Below the pieces are notes generated by a model. That model was not told where the DNA came from and did no database searches. It worked only from the letters and a program-made list of their open reading frames with translations. The position numbers and the translations under genes were made by a program. Shown piece by piece: positions 26,233 to 26,948 of a DNA stretch of 26,948 nt. Numbering within the stretch: the stretch's first letter is position 1; each line of letters begins with the position of its first letter. The DNA lies in assembly GCA_026388815.1 (NCBI GenBank), contig JAPLJA010000079.1:1-26948 (forward strand), read 5' to 3'. The stretch is from Pseudomonadota bacterium (GTDB taxonomy: Bacteria; Desulfobacterota; WTBG01; JAPLJA01).

Positions 26233-26670
26233 TTACTTTACCTGCTTTGTTTCTGACTCGTTCAGAACCCGTTTTGCCTCGATGAGCTTACGGTACAACG
26301 CCTCGACCTTTGCCGGGTTTTTGGCAACAACCGCCTTCAGTAGATCACCTTCTATCTCGGCGACTTCAAGGTACTTGTAATAATCCAGTGATTCTTTCAT
26401 GTGCGCTATGACGATTTTCCCGGTTAAAAGAGGATGATTATTCGTTACATTTGCATCCTTAAACCTTATACCATGCTCGAGTTCTACCTCGAGACCCTGG
26501 CGGAAGGCTTCGAGGTTAACTTTCATCTTTTCCGTATTAACCTCTGACAGGATAATCTTTGCCTCTCTCGGTAGAACCTTTATTTCCTTCAGTGCAGTCC
26601 AGTCCCGTATCTTAAGTTCCTTACACACTCTCTTTACTTCTGCCACACTCACATATTCTGGAAGTTTCAT
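26233..26670 (-). CDS. hypothetical protein (145 aa, charged, helical), in the position usually held by hfq between miaA and hflX
   Basis: Clean ORF with GGAGG-like RBS. No recognisable Sm motif. Confidence 0.4.
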   Translation of the reverse strand: MKLPEYVSVAEVKRVCKELKIRDWTALKEIKVLPREAKIILSEVNTEKMKVNLEAFRQGLEVELEHGIRFKDANVTNNHPLLTGKIVIAHMKESLDYYKYLEVAEIEGDLLKAVVAKNPAKVEALYRKLIEAKRVLNESETKQVK

Positions 26671-26826
26671 GGTATCCTCCTCTGTTCGTTATTTTCATCC
26701 TGTGTATAGTATGAGTCCACCTTTTCGTCAACTCCTTAGATGCTGCTTTAAATCTCCCTTGCAAAGAGGGGGAATCTGACTTATCCTTTTAATTGAAGGA
26801 GGTATGAGAAACTCACCAATAACCTG

Positions 26827-26948
26827 ATGACGAAAAGGCTCTTTGCCACCACACCTGACTCTCAGGAACGGGCATATCTCATAGGAGTGAAGCGGGAATC
26901 GGATGACCGCCAGAAAGCCCTCGAATCTCTCAGGGAACTGGAAAGGCT
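26827..26948 (+). CDS. hflX: GTPase HflX, N-terminal fragment (3'-partial at window edge)
   Basis: MTKRLFATTPDSQERAYLIGVKRESDDRQKALESLRELER resembles the HflX N-terminal domain. Frame runs off the window end. miaA-linked synteny supports the call. Confidence 0.4.
   Translation, partial: MTKRLFATTPDSQERAYLIGVKRESDDRQKALESLRELER

Overview
This 26.9 kb window appears to come from a moderate-GC (about 48-50%) Gram-negative bacterium; the lineage cannot be assigned from sequence alone, and all domain calls were made by eye against remembered family signatures. Three regions stand out.

(1) 1-6803, plus strand: a translationally coupled five-gene envelope-lipid module. It encodes an LpxL/HtrB-type acyltransferase (5'-partial), an MMPL/RND exporter, a LolA-like periplasmic protein, a signal-peptide outer-membrane barrel ending in Phe, and a FadD/AasS-like acyl-AMP ligase.

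(2) about 6826-19400: a patchwork accessory region.
- A diverged 3' remnant of a second LolA-like gene sits next to a GC-rich (about 65%) MFS transporter island with tandem operator-like repeats.
- Two GT-C-type polytopic membrane proteins are split by an IS200-like Y1 transposase carrying a DnaA-type HTH and flanked by REP-like repeat arrays.
- A junction of gene wrecks carries an integron-integrase C-terminus fused to a transposase HTH remnant.
- A vapBC toxin-antitoxin pair has a near-consensus promoter.
- A 118-bp structured repeat family occurs in two copies (14249-14366, 19189-19306), alongside 29-bp direct repeats.
- A frameshifted papain-type peptidase is co-oriented with a chagasin-family inhibitor.
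- Also present: a membrane-anchored PP-loop ATPase fusion, a cupin, tRNA-Cys and tRNA-Gly, an FGE-sulfatase-domain protein and an MBL hydrolase.

(3) 20215-26948: core genes. These are an unusual 603-aa exosortase-like polytopic protein with an SPFH-like C-terminal domain, tatA/B (with an internal 45-aa tandem duplication) coupled to tatC, hrcA-grpE convergent with tatC, miaA, and a partial hflX.

No CRISPR array, rRNA or canonical integron attC array was seen.
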